From the NCBI GenBank assembly GCA_029258885.1, contig JAPDJW010000002.1, positions 192,001 to 256,000 of the forward strand: a stretch of 64,000 bases of DNA. Reading direction: 5' to 3'. The notes under the pieces were generated by a model, which was given only the letters and a program-made list of their open reading frames with translations, was not told where the DNA came from and did not search any database. A program made the translations under genes and the position numbers. Below are positions 47,252-56,951 of the stretch, piece after piece. The number at the start of each line of letters is the position of its first letter. Within the stretch, counting starts at the first letter, position 1. The DNA comes from Thermoproteota archaeon. Its GTDB lineage: Archaea; Thermoproteota; Thermoprotei; Thermofilales; B9-G17.

Positions 47252-48739
47252 TGCATCAAGTCCATTTACTTCTTCTAAATATAAGTACTTTGATAGCGCA
47301 TTCCTATACCTCTTGTACCTACTATCAGCTAGGAGTATGAGGGGTTTGGCGTCGGGTGTACGTGTTGCACGGCCTATGCACTGTAGCGTGGTTATAAGCA
47401 TGGGTATCTCCGCCGCCAACATCCAGGGATTGCTGAAGCCAGCCTTCCTGTATATACTTTCAAGCCTACCTATAATCTCGGGAGGCATGAAGGGGCATCC
47501 CAGCATGACTATACAGTCACACGGTATATCGACACCCTCGCTAAATCTGCCGCGTGCCCTAAGCAGTATGAGTCCCTCAAGTCCCTCGACTTTCTCGGGC
47601 TCATAGTAGTCACACCTATTTTTAAAATATCTTAGAATTCTATCGGCTCCAAAAACCACTATTTTCCTAAAGTATTTTCTCAGTGTGAAAAGCAACCTAC
47701 CATACTCATCAATAGTCTCCTCCCCATACCTACTAGTAACCCAATCCAAGACATACGCTGGCCTTCTAACGGGAGGAACCTCGACGACTCTGACGTCACC
47801 TATAAGCTTATTTAATTCATTTATCCATGTACCCGAAGCCATTATAAACGGCGATGGAACGAAGGGGTTAAAATGTTTAATACCCTTAAGATACTCTCCT
47901 TCGAGATATATTACCTTACACCTAGCCAGCCTTATAAAGTTCTTTAACTCAACGAGAAGCCCTTCGGGTGCGCCGTTTTCTATCGAGTATATGAGCGCTG
48001 CTTTCATAGCATTTAAATCCTCCTCGTCAAAAGCGCTGTTAATAACCCCTCCTCCGTAATCTAAAGCTCTACGCTTTATCCTCCTAATTTTCTCAAGAGT
48101 ATATTTCTCTGTAAAGGGATACCTTTCCAGCATAACTTCAACATCGTCCAATACGGATACGTGAATCCTTACCTCCTTAGGCAACCACAGGTTATGAGCC
48201 TCATCAACCACGAATATCCTGAATATTCTCCCACGACGTCTATTGTAGTTCTGGACGACTATATCGCAGTCAAAGATATCCTGGGCATAGTAGGGGCAGA
48301 AGCCCATATCCTCCCCCATACGCCTAATAGTCATCCAGTCAACCGTAAGCCTATTATCCAAGGGATTTACGATGTTCTCAAATAATCCTCTAAAAAACCT
48401 ACAATTTAGCTTCTTAAGCCTACAGACCTCATCGGCTAAATCCCTCCTCTTAGCGAGAATACACATCCTATTTCTTCCAGCAGCAATTATTGTCCTAAGC
48501 CCAGCCTTAGTTGCATCCTCAGCTATACGAAAACCTATCGAAAGAGAACGTACGAGCCACAGCGCTGGAAACATCCTAGTAGCCATGAGAGCGGCAATAA
48601 TAGTTAATGTCTTACCCCAGCCGGTCGGAGCACTTAACACAACCTTTGAGTGTTCTATTAATAGTTGCGTTAACTTCTGAAACGCCTCCACCTGTCCGGG
48701 TCTTGGATCTACTCCCTTAATAGGCCATTTTCCAGCCAT
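47222..48739 (-). CDS. XPD/Rad3/DinG-like Fe-S DNA helicase (compact)
   Basis: APTGWGKT, GRNRMC...C...C...CPYY cluster, DEAHN, MASGT, SEGVD and QCIGRATR motifs. Confidence 0.85.
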   Translation of the reverse strand: MAGKWPIKGVDPRPGQVEAFQKLTQLLIEHSKVVLSAPTGWGKTLTIIAALMATRMFPALWLVRSLSIGFRIAEDATKAGLRTIIAAGRNRMCILAKRRDLADEVCRLKKLNCRFFRGLFENIVNPLDNRLTVDWMTIRRMGEDMGFCPYYAQDIFDCDIVVQNYNRRRGRIFRIFVVDEAHNLWLPKEVRIHVSVLDDVEVMLERYPFTEKYTLEKIRRIKRRALDYGGGVINSAFDEEDLNAMKAALIYSIENGAPEGLLVELKNFIRLARCKVIYLEGEYLKGIKHFNPFVPSPFIMASGTWINELNKLIGDVRVVEVPPVRRPAYVLDWVTSRYGEETIDEYGRLLFTLRKYFRKIVVFGADRILRYFKNRCDYYEPEKVEGLEGLILLRARGRFSEGVDIPCDCIVMLGCPFMPPEIIGRLESIYRKAGFSNPWMLAAEIPMLITTLQCIGRATRTPDAKPLILLADSRYKRYRNALSKYLYLEEVNGLDALNRIPSCMS

Positions 48740-48790
48740 CCATATAACATTATCAAAAAGTTTAAAGGTAATGGTAAATTAGGATAATCT

Positions 48791-49069
48791 ATGGATAAGA
48801 AAAGGGTACACATCTACGTAAGTGGTAGAGTTCAGGGAGTAGGCTTCAGATTCTTCACAATTAGAGTAGCTAAAGACTTAAATCTGAAGGGCTTCGTAAA
48901 AAACCTCCCCAACGGAAGGGTTGAAATCGTAGCAGAGGGAGATGCGGAATCTCTTGCAAGGCTGATTGAAGCTGTCAGAAGAGGACCTAGGTTAGCTAGG
49001 GTCGATAATATAGAGGTAAAGTGGGAAACCCCCACGGGAGAATTTAAAGGGTTCTATATAGAGTGGTAG
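48791..49069 (+). CDS. acyP: Acylphosphatase
   Basis: GRVQGVGFR and GFVKNLPNGRVE motifs. Confidence 0.95.
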   Translation: MDKKRVHIYVSGRVQGVGFRFFTIRVAKDLNLKGFVKNLPNGRVEIVAEGDAESLARLIEAVRRGPRLARVDNIEVKWETPTGEFKGFYIEW

Positions 49070-49344
49070 CAATGGAAAATTGTTTCAGCGACTACGCACG
49101 TAACTTAATTATAGAGCTCCTTGAAAATATCGACGTATATTTCTCATATGATATATTAAATTCTGAGGGAAGGAAGATATTCAGCAGGTTAGCATATGAA
49201 ATACTGAAAAGCCGCCCAGAATATAAAAAGTATATAGGTAGAGTATGGAGGAAGCCGACCCTAAATAACGTCCTAAAAGTAGCTGAGCTAATACTCGGAG
49301 AGGAACTATATAAGGTCTACATGAAAAACTATGTCCAATTCTAG
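49063..49344 (+). CDS. Hypothetical protein
   Basis: 93-aa ORF overlapping acyP, with codon usage typical of the window. Confidence 0.65.
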   Translation: MVAMENCFSDYARNLIIELLENIDVYFSYDILNSEGRKIFSRLAYEILKSRPEYKKYIGRVWRKPTLNNVLKVAELILGEELYKVYMKNYVQF

Positions 49345-50215
49345 GAGAATAAAGATAGGAAAGTGGTCGCTATACCTATCAATATGGCCCTCCTTCATAT
49401 ATCCACTATTTAGAGTAGATGGAGAAAAATGGATAAAGGAGTACGGATGCCATAAAGGCGAGGTTTTCTGGCTTGATGACGAATACCTAGTATACAGTAG
49501 CGAGGAGGCTCTATATTGGAGTGGGGCATGGTTTAATAAGAGCGAGATACTGAATAGGCTACGCGGCAAGTATAGGGAAATTGCAGGCAGATTCCTTAAA
49601 ATGTATGGACATGTAGGTCTCTCCATCAGCAGATGCGACGATCACCTCATTTTCATAGCAATATTCCTCTCAAGGCGAACGAGCTGGGAGATAAACACTA
49701 TAAGATGGTGTAAAGCTATCTTTTCAGTAACTGATGATCCATTTAAGCTAGCTGAATTAAAGCCATTTAATGTAGCCCGCAGTTACCAGCTTAAACAATT
49801 ACATACAGCATATGAAGCATACCTTGAGAGAATATATGGAAGAAGCTTTAAGCCCGAAGCCCTAAGAAAGGAGCTAATGAAAATACCATACGTTGGACCG
49901 AAGACTGCGGACGCATACCTCCTATTCACCGGAAGCGATGTATCAGCCGTGCCAATAGATGTCCATCTAGTCAAAATGATTAAAAGACTTAATTTAGCCA
50001 AAAACTTCACGCTACCCAACAAGAGCAAGTGTATAACCTATGGATGTAACAGCTGTCCTATAGCTGATAGATGCATCAAAAATATACTAAGCATGAAATT
50101 CGGCAAGCTTGCGGGATGGATACAGACAGTCATCTACATCCACGATAACTTGTACTGTTCAAAGCATAAGTGTCAATTCTGTACGTTAAATAAGTACTGT
50201 GGAAGCTTACCCTAA
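49331..50215 (-). CDS. HhH-GPD superfamily DNA glycosylase-like protein with a Cys cluster
   Basis: LMKIPYVGPKTAD (HhH), VPIDVH and C-terminal C....C..C.....C. Confidence 0.75.
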
Positions 50216-50752
50216 CTCGGAGATCAGTTCATCTAACGTGGTTATTTTAGCTCCAATAAACTCCTTCATATACTTTATGCCATATTCATGCCATTCATCG
50301 CTAAAAGCAGCAACACAATCTCTCGGGACAATAACCTTATAGCCCCTATAAAAGGCGCCCAGAGCAGTATTCTGGACGCAAATATGAGTGTGTATTCCTG
50401 TTAAAATCACTGTATCGACGCCAAGCTCCCTCAAAAGCATGTCTAAATCCGTGAACATGAAGCCATCATATCTCCTCTTATAAATCACGTAGTCCCCGTC
50501 CCTAGGTTTAAGCTCATCGATAATCTTTGACTCAGGAGAGCCCTTTATGGCGTGATCGCCCCACAGCTTCAGCTCAAAATCAACCCCCTTATAGTGACTA
50601 TCCGCCAGATATATCACGGGAATATTCTTTGAACGTGCATGTTCAAGAAGCCTGCTTATCTTCGGAACAATCTTTTCCGCAGCAGGAGCCTTTAATCGTC
50701 CCTTAACGAATTCTTCAAGCATATCTATAACTAGTACAGTGTACCTCGCCAT
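50207..50752 (-). CDS. Isochorismatase/nicotinamidase-family cysteine hydrolase
   Basis: LVIDM, KRRYDGF, TGIHTHICV and DCVA motifs. Confidence 0.92.
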   Translation of the reverse strand: MARYTVLVIDMLEEFVKGRLKAPAAEKIVPKISRLLEHARSKNIPVIYLADSHYKGVDFELKLWGDHAIKGSPESKIIDELKPRDGDYVIYKRRYDGFMFTDLDMLLRELGVDTVILTGIHTHICVQNTALGAFYRGYKVIVPRDCVAAFSDEWHEYGIKYMKEFIGAKITTLDELISELG

Positions 50753-50861
50753 GGTTTAATAAATATGCTTACCCATTAATTATCTTTAACATCTCCACTA
50801 TGGCCATAATAAGTAGTTAATTAGAGCTTTCAATATATAAGTAAAGCATTTTATATGGAAG

Positions 50862-51614
50862 TTGCATTTATTTCGATGGGGGAAATATTTGACCTATACC
50901 TATCGGGTATTAGGTCTGGCGCATGCATTTAGTCAGTTCTGTCAGCTCTTCATAAACAGGCTAGTGGAGCAGGGAGTAGAGATTAAAGACAAGGATATTG
51001 GAGCTCAGCTAATGAAGCTTAAGCTAAGACACGGGGATGAGGTTGCAGATGTGGAAGCAAGGTTAGTAGGGCCGGACATAGAGATAAGGTTCAATGTAGG
51101 TGAATCGTTGGAGAAGAAGGGAGCTGAAATGCTTAGAACAGGACTAACCTTTCTGGGTAATATAATATCCGGTGGAAGCATAGCGGATGCTACAATCTAT
51201 GCAGCAGAGGAAAGCATCGATAAAGCCCTCAGTGGAGAAGCAGGATACCTAGCCTCAACCATAGCCAATACAGCGAAAAGTGTAGAGGAAGAAATAAGGA
51301 GCAAGAGAATGGAGCTACCGCCTCCCCCGCCTCCCGGATATGGCGCGCCCACCGTCTCGGGAGAACTACAGAGGTATGTAAGTGAAATAAGATCCAGGAT
51401 CATAAGCATAAGAGAGGAAATGGAGATAGCTAGAGAGGAAGGCAGAAACGTAGAGCCTGTTGAGAGGAGACTAGAGCGGGCGGACGCATTATTTAACGAG
51501 GCGCTGACAGACATGAATAGAGGGGATATAAGCATAGCTGAGGCTAAGCTTAAAGCAGCCGAGAGGCTGATCGAGAGAGCTGAAAGAGTACTCGAGGAAA
51601 TAATGTACAGATAA
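50862..51614 (+). CDS. Hypothetical protein with a poly-Pro linker and C-terminal coiled coil
   Basis: PPPPPPG linker then an E/R/A-rich helical tail. True start is probably downstream (e.g. ATG 51012). Confidence 0.65.
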   Translation: MHLFRWGKYLTYTYRVLGLAHAFSQFCQLFINRLVEQGVEIKDKDIGAQLMKLKLRHGDEVADVEARLVGPDIEIRFNVGESLEKKGAEMLRTGLTFLGNIISGGSIADATIYAAEESIDKALSGEAGYLASTIANTAKSVEEEIRSKRMELPPPPPPGYGAPTVSGELQRYVSEIRSRIISIREEMEIAREEGRNVEPVERRLERADALFNEALTDMNRGDISIAEAKLKAAERLIERAERVLEEIMYR

Positions 51615-51926
51615 CATTCTGATCAAATAAGATCTAAAAAATCTTAGCTAGAGGCGCGAGCTTTAAAATCCTCGTATACCACCTGTAGTCTCTACTCTGA
51701 ATGCCAAATACACGGATACTCACTTAGTACCAATACTAGAGAATTATGAAACACGCTCGTAAGGTGAGTTAAATTTTCTGAGAACTGTTGTTTTTAGAGA
51801 GTTATATGAAAGTGTATTTGTGTTTAATAGGGGTAGTGCCCGTGAATTCTAATGGTGGTTTCATTTTTACTGTGATAAAATGTAGTAAAGTTTTTATTAG
51901 TCTCTTAATCATATTTATAGTTAGCA

Positions 51927-52108
51927 TGTCTGAGACTTTGCTTAAGGATATTCGGGAGAGACTTATTAGGATTGAAGCTAAGTTAGATGCGCTTATGGGT
52001 GAGGAGGAAGTTTTAGAAGAGTTTGCTGAAGAGCTTAAAGAGATTATGGAAGATATGGAGAAAGGGAACAAGATTCCAGCAGAAAAGGTTCTAGAAGACG
52101 AGGAATGA
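51927..52108 (+). CDS. Putative antitoxin (acidic, ~60 aa)
   Basis: MSETLLKDIRERLIRIEAKLD...EKVLEDEE; ATGA overlap with the RelE-like gene. The longer 51788 start looks spurious. Confidence 0.6.
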
Positions 52109-52370
52109 AGGTATATTTCTCTCGAAAAGCAACTAGAGATTTTAAACGTCTACCTTCTGAAGTTAGGCAGAGAGTAAGGAAAGCTATTATTGCCTTATAT
52201 GAAACTCCATTTCCGCGGGGTGTTAAGAAGCTTAAAGGATTCTCGAATACTTATAGGCTACGTGTAGGAGATTACCAAATTGTTTACAAGCATTAATTTC
52301 ATTAACTTTGAAGTTAAGTTATTTAGTATTAGGGCATGGAGGTGAAGAAGTGTTGTTCTGGATATTAAAA
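52105..52370 (+). pseudogene. relE: RelE/ParE-family toxin, truncated
   Basis: KVYFSRKATRDFKRLP...VKKLKG..NTYRLRVGDYQIVY, then a premature TAA at 52294-96. C-terminal-like remnants (SINFINFEVKFI; VLGHGGEEV) continue in other frames. Confidence 0.65.
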
Positions 52371-52621
52371 TAAGACGACTATGATATTTAGTGGTATTTA
52401 AGTAGTGTTGTAAAATTTTACTTCGTGAGGAAGTTGTCTGTTATTTTTGTTAATGCGTTTCCGAAAGATGTTTCCAGTATTTTGTGGGGGTTCCTATGTA
52501 GTCTTCTATTTCTGGTATGTAAGGTATGTTTCCCGGATACTTTGCTTATGTTTCTTCAGTTAGTTTAAGGACTTCTTGTGAAGGGGCACCTTGAGTGCGA
52601 TGGCAAGAGACTTCACTGACT

Positions 52622-54031
52622 TCACCTAATATACAGCTTAGGGCTAGGCTTAGATCCCTGAAAACCACCAATATCGTGGCTCCAGAATCTTTCCTTGATT
52701 TCTCTAAATAATGCCTTGTTTCTATTCTCCCATTCACTAAAGCCCTCAGGCTTCTCAGGGAACTCCTCAAATAGTTTTCTGGCTTTATCAAGATATCCTT
52801 TAGCGGCCTTTATATCGAAGAGTATGGATGGCTTAGTTAAAAGCTTAACTGCCTTAAGCGCCTTAGATATTATCGACGGCAGTAGTTCGCCCTTATATCC
52901 CATCTCGGAGAGCTCTTCATCCGATACTATACCCTTCTCAAGGATGAAGTTTAAATCATCGCTTGAAAGACTCTGAAGGTATATCCTTAGAGCATCCAAT
53001 CCAGCCTGCTTAATACCGTAGGTTTCATGGTAAGCCTTATGATAACGCCACAAATTATCCATAGATGCCTCACCCTTATCAAGAGCCTCCACTATGACCT
53101 GAGAAGCATAGTAGCTGCTCAGTAACGATGGACCTATTCCTCCTCCGTGTATTGGATTAGCCGTAGCGGCAGCATCACCTACAGCTACAAGACCATTCCA
53201 AACCATACATGAAATAGTCCTACGTGTAGGACACAATCCAGTACCCTCATTCAATATCCTGCCGCCAGCCTTCTCGATAAGCGGTAAAATGTATTTCCTA
53301 AACTGATCCCTAGGATTAGGAGCACTTGGACCAGGCTTTACACCAAGCCCCGTATTAACAATATGCTCACCCTTAGGGAACCACCACCAGTATCCTCCAG
53401 GAGCTACGTCAGGGTTAAGGTAAATTAACGCAAGACCTGTATCCTGAGGCTCCTCGACCTCGGCAATAACCCTATAGGCTATATTAAAGTCCTCAAGGGG
53501 AACCTTCTCCGAAACCCACCATTCACTAGGGAGCTTCGTTCTAACAGCTGCGGCAGCGCCAGTAGCCTCCACAACCACCTTACTATATAACTCAAACCTG
53601 CCTGCACCTATTTTCTCGGCAACAATACCCTTAACCCACTTGCCCTCAACTATAGGCTCAAGTATCCTATGGGAATCAAGCAGCTCAGCACCCGCATTAA
53701 CAGCTAGCCTTAGAAGCCTCTGTCCAAAGGCCTTCCTATCTATAGCATAGCCCTTACCCCATGCAGTCACATAAGCCTTCTTATTAGGGGAATAAACTCT
53801 AACACCCTTAAACAGTGATACGGCGTCAACTCCCAGCCTAGGCGGCTCAAGACCGACCTTAATAAAGTGGTGTTCACCCACCGCGTCACCACAGACCTTC
53901 TCACCTATCTTCTCGGCAGACTTCAATTCGACAACCGCCACCGATAAGCCTGAACTAGCCAGCCTATACGCAGCGAAGAGGCCCGCCGTACCTCCTCCAG
54001 CGACAATCACATCATACTTCATATTTAACAC
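52622..54031 (-). CDS. Geranylgeranyl reductase (digeranylgeranylglycerophospholipid reductase family)
   Basis: YDVIVAGGGTAG, CGDA, GYWWWFPKG and VGDAAATANPIHGGGI motifs. Confidence 0.88.
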   Translation of the reverse strand: MLNMKYDVIVAGGGTAGLFAAYRLASSGLSVAVVELKSAEKIGEKVCGDAVGEHHFIKVGLEPPRLGVDAVSLFKGVRVYSPNKKAYVTAWGKGYAIDRKAFGQRLLRLAVNAGAELLDSHRILEPIVEGKWVKGIVAEKIGAGRFELYSKVVVEATGAAAAVRTKLPSEWWVSEKVPLEDFNIAYRVIAEVEEPQDTGLALIYLNPDVAPGGYWWWFPKGEHIVNTGLGVKPGPSAPNPRDQFRKYILPLIEKAGGRILNEGTGLCPTRRTISCMVWNGLVAVGDAAATANPIHGGGIGPSLLSSYYASQVIVEALDKGEASMDNLWRYHKAYHETYGIKQAGLDALRIYLQSLSSDDLNFILEKGIVSDEELSEMGYKGELLPSIISKALKAVKLLTKPSILFDIKAAKGYLDKARKLFEEFPEKPEGFSEWENRNKALFREIKERFWSHDIGGFQGSKPSPKLYIR

Positions 54032-54082
54032 CTAGTATAATTAATAAACCAGATCTAACTAATAAATTATGAGGTAAAAGCC

Positions 54083-54529
54083 ATGAAACCAGGTATTCCA
54101 CAGGTAACTTTAAGCAGTGAAATAGCGAGGAAAATAGAGGAGAAAATGTCCCATACAATTAAAGGCATAGAGGAGACGCTAAACGAGATACTAAGGCGCG
54201 GCGAAATAGAGTTCACTGAATTTAAAGCAATGCTAGAATCCCTAGAACCAGGCTTCACACTCCTATCCCAGAAATGGGTGCTCGAAATACTATACTCACT
54301 CCTAGTAAAGGGTCCGCTGGGATTCAATGAATTAAAATCCTTAACGGGCGCAAGCTCCAGAAGCCTATCCCTAAAATTAAAGTCTCTAATAAAATTAAGG
54401 TATGTAGAAAGACGCGTAAAGACAGAGCCACCCATGAGGACAACATATTATCTAACGGAGAAGGGGAAGAATGCAGCCTTACTATCGCTACCCCTAATAT
54501 ACTACATAGCTAAAACACGAGATGAATAA
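54083..54529 (+). CDS. HxlR-family winged-helix regulator
   Basis: KWVLEILY, GFNELK, SRSLSLKLK.L and EPPMRTTYYLTEKG motifs. Confidence 0.88.
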   Translation: MKPGIPQVTLSSEIARKIEEKMSHTIKGIEETLNEILRRGEIEFTEFKAMLESLEPGFTLLSQKWVLEILYSLLVKGPLGFNELKSLTGASSRSLSLKLKSLIKLRYVERRVKTEPPMRTTYYLTEKGKNAALLSLPLIYYIAKTRDE

Positions 54530-54530
54530 G

Positions 54531-54917
54531 TCATTCCAATAGCCTAAGCTCTAGCTTAGGGAAAAACATCTTAATTTTCTCATAGTCGGTATCCCTAGTC
54601 CATAGCTCCAAGTTATGAGCTATCGCCGTAGCAGCAATGTATATGTCGTTTTCGCTTACAGGTTTACCTCTTCTCTTTAAAGCCTCGAATATTAGTGCAG
54701 ATTCAAGTAATGTCTCATTGTTGAGGCCGAGCACTATAAACGATTCCTCAAGCTTTTTCTTAAAAAACTCTTTATTCTTCTTATACCTAATGTACTCATA
54801 AATGCTAATTACTGAAATATAGAGCTCTTCCTTCTCAATTAAATCCAAGAGAGATCCTTTATCCAGAATATCAATTAAAACGCTAGTATCTAGGAGAATT
54901 CCCTTGCCCGCCCCCAT
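54531..54917 (-). CDS. vapC: PIN-domain toxin
   Basis: ILLDTSVLID, SVISIYE, NDIYIAATA and LWTRD motifs. Confidence 0.9.
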   Translation of the reverse strand: MGAGKGILLDTSVLIDILDKGSLLDLIEKEELYISVISIYEYIRYKKNKEFFKKKLEESFIVLGLNNETLLESALIFEALKRRGKPVSENDIYIAATAIAHNLELWTRDTDYEKIKMFFPKLELRLLE

Positions 54918-55132
54918 GCTCTCCTATCCTCAAGCAATTCTTCCAGACTAATCTTTCTCTCGACCTTATTCTTTTCAATCATCTCAAGAACAGCCATAAT
55001 TCTCCTTAACCTCCTGTACTCGGATAGTATTCTCTCTACGGCTTCCCCGATGCTCCTAGCACCTAATTTCTCCTTCTCCTTTAAAAGCTCAACATAAACC
55101 CTCTTCGGAATAGCTATAGTCGTCTTACTCAT
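54890..55132 (-). CDS. Cognate antitoxin (ribbon-helix-helix-like)
   Basis: KTTIAIPKRVYVELLKEK; overlaps vapC. Confidence 0.75.
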   Translation of the reverse strand: MSKTTIAIPKRVYVELLKEKEKLGARSIGEAVERILSEYRRLRRIMAVLEMIEKNKVERKISLEELLEDRRAWGRAREFS

Positions 55133-55274
55133 ATAATTTCATAAGCTTATAGAATTATATTAAACTTATCATTATAGGAATTAACAGTAAATTAGCTACA
55201 GTTATCGAATAGCGGAAAAGAATACATGTTCTCTAGAGGCAAAATCCTTATATAGGAGTATATACTTTAAATTA

Positions 55275-55305
55275 GATAGCTATATCAAAAATTTGATAGC
55301 TATAT
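55275..55305. promoter_or_regulatory. Putative operator upstream of the ArsR-type gene
   Basis: GATAGCTATAT repeated at 55275-85 and 55295-305 (20-bp period); each copy contains the palindrome ATAGCTAT. TATCAAA-AA-TTTGATA inverted repeat spans the junction. Confidence 0.6.
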
Positions 55306-55331
55306 GAAACATTTAATTGGGTGTTTAGGGT

Positions 55332-55652
55332 GTGTCCGAGGAATACGAGTTTAAGAGTATTCGAGAGGTGAAGGCTGTCTTGAGCCTCCTCTCAAAACCC
55401 ATATGTATGAAGATAATTGCTATGTTGAGGGAGAGGCCCATGTACATTAGGGAGATAGCTAGAGAGCTCGGCGCCCCCTACGCCCTAATACACCTATACC
55501 TATCCAACCTCGAGAAGTATGGAATAGTTAAAAGCGAGTACGAATTTGTAAGGGGCAATAAGCCTCACGTCAGGAGATACTATAAGCTCAGCGACTTTAA
55601 GATCGTCATTACCCCCGAAATTATAGCTAGGCTCGTGGGTGAGGAGAAATGA
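55332..55652 (+). CDS. ArsR-like winged-helix regulator
   Basis: PICMKIIAML, MYIREIARELG, HLYLSNLEKYGIV and RRYY motifs. Confidence 0.85.
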   Translation: MSEEYEFKSIREVKAVLSLLSKPICMKIIAMLRERPMYIREIARELGAPYALIHLYLSNLEKYGIVKSEYEFVRGNKPHVRRYYKLSDFKIVITPEIIARLVGEEK

Positions 55653-55987
55653 GCGTTGAGGCGGTAATTGTAGGTTTAACGGTTATAGCCCTTGGAGTAA
55701 TATTCCCCATGTTCCTCATACACTACATGGTCGTATGTGGTCTCGTATGGTATATAGCTCTACCACTTATAGTATTATCGCTGATAGGTGCGAGTATCTT
55801 AGGTGTTGTGGGATTTACACTTATATTTGAGTGGGGGGTGCCTATAAGGACTCCGAAATCCGATAGACTACTTGCGGAAAAGCTTAGGATAATGAGAGCT
55901 AGACAAAGAGCTATGCTCGAGGAGCTGGACGAGATAGTTGAATTACTTAAGGAGATTAGGGATATCCTGAAGTCTGTTGAGGGGTGA
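55649..55987 (+). CDS. Membrane protein (2 TM) with C-terminal coiled coil
   Basis: Two hydrophobic helices, then LEELDEIVELLKEIRDILK. Confidence 0.7.
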   Translation: MSVEAVIVGLTVIALGVIFPMFLIHYMVVCGLVWYIALPLIVLSLIGASILGVVGFTLIFEWGVPIRTPKSDRLLAEKLRIMRARQRAMLEELDEIVELLKEIRDILKSVEG

Positions 55988-56130
55988 TGCGCATGAGCAG
56001 GAAGGAGCTCAAATACGCTGATCTCTCGGATGAGGAGGTCGAACGCCTTATCCAGAAGAGGCTTGAGGAAATTAAGGAGCTCCTAAAGGAGATTCGCGAT
56101 ATATTCAGAAAAGCCGGGGGTGAGGAGTAG
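55987..56130 (+). CDS. Small 47-aa coiled-coil protein
   Basis: Read manually: MRMSRKELKYADLSDEEVERLIQKRLEEIKELLKEIRDIFRKAGGEE*. TGATG and TAGTG overlaps with both neighbours. Confidence 0.65.
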   Translation: MRMSRKELKYADLSDEEVERLIQKRLEEIKELLKEIRDIFRKAGGEE

Positions 56131-56951
56131 TGGCCGAAAAGTTTGATAAATATGAGGAGGCGCTCGGAGAGCCTCGATTTAAAGTTAGCGGTTCCTCTGT
56201 CTTTACATACAAGGGCTCTATGGTTAAAATTTCGGGTAGTGGTAGCCTAGAAGACGGAATCCTAAGGGCGTCAGGCTCATGTTCCATCGAAGGCTTTATC
56301 AACGTTAAGGAAATACATGTTTCGGGGAGCTTTAGAGCAGGGGATGGCGTTAAGGCAGAGTTCATATCCGTTTCAGGCTCAGCAAAATTTGGTGGAGAAG
56401 TTTCCTGTAACTCCATAAAGGTTTCGGGTAGCTGTTCCATTAATGGTTCACTTGAGGCCGATGAAGCCAGATTCAGCGGTTCATCTAAGATTTCCGGCGA
56501 TGTCACGGGGCAGCTGCTTAATTGCTCTGGATCATTTAAGGCCGAGAACCTAAACTTAAATAGTTGCTCTCTATCAGGCGCCTTTTCATTAAACTCCGTA
56601 AAGTGTAAAGACATGTTTAAAGCGTATCTTCGAGGAAAATCCCGAATAAGGGATGGGTTAACTGCAAGAATTATAAGTATAAGAGGAAAAGGCGGTGGGA
56701 GATCCTTTAAGATATCAGTTTTCGGAATTCCAATAATTAGCGTTACTACAGGAAATGGTGAAGGCGAGCTTGAGGTCGGCTATATCAAGGGCGAGGACAT
56801 ATACATAGAATATACTAAGTGTGAGCGCATAGAGGGTGCAAACGTTAACATCGGACCCCACTGTACAATTAGGGGCGACGTAATATACACATCCAGTTTC
56901 TCAATAGACCCTACCTCCAAGGTACTAGGCAAGGTTATCAAGAGTGAGTAA
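56130..56951 (+). CDS. Bactofilin-like polymer-forming protein (YhbE/YhbF-like)
   Basis: Periodic (V/I/A)SGS repeats typical of a beta-helix; C-terminal I.G..V.IGP.C.I...V.Y. Confidence 0.75.
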   Translation: MAEKFDKYEEALGEPRFKVSGSSVFTYKGSMVKISGSGSLEDGILRASGSCSIEGFINVKEIHVSGSFRAGDGVKAEFISVSGSAKFGGEVSCNSIKVSGSCSINGSLEADEARFSGSSKISGDVTGQLLNCSGSFKAENLNLNSCSLSGAFSLNSVKCKDMFKAYLRGKSRIRDGLTARIISIRGKGGGRSFKISVFGIPIISVTTGNGEGELEVGYIKGEDIYIEYTKCERIEGANVNIGPHCTIRGDVIYTSSFSIDPTSKVLGKVIKSE

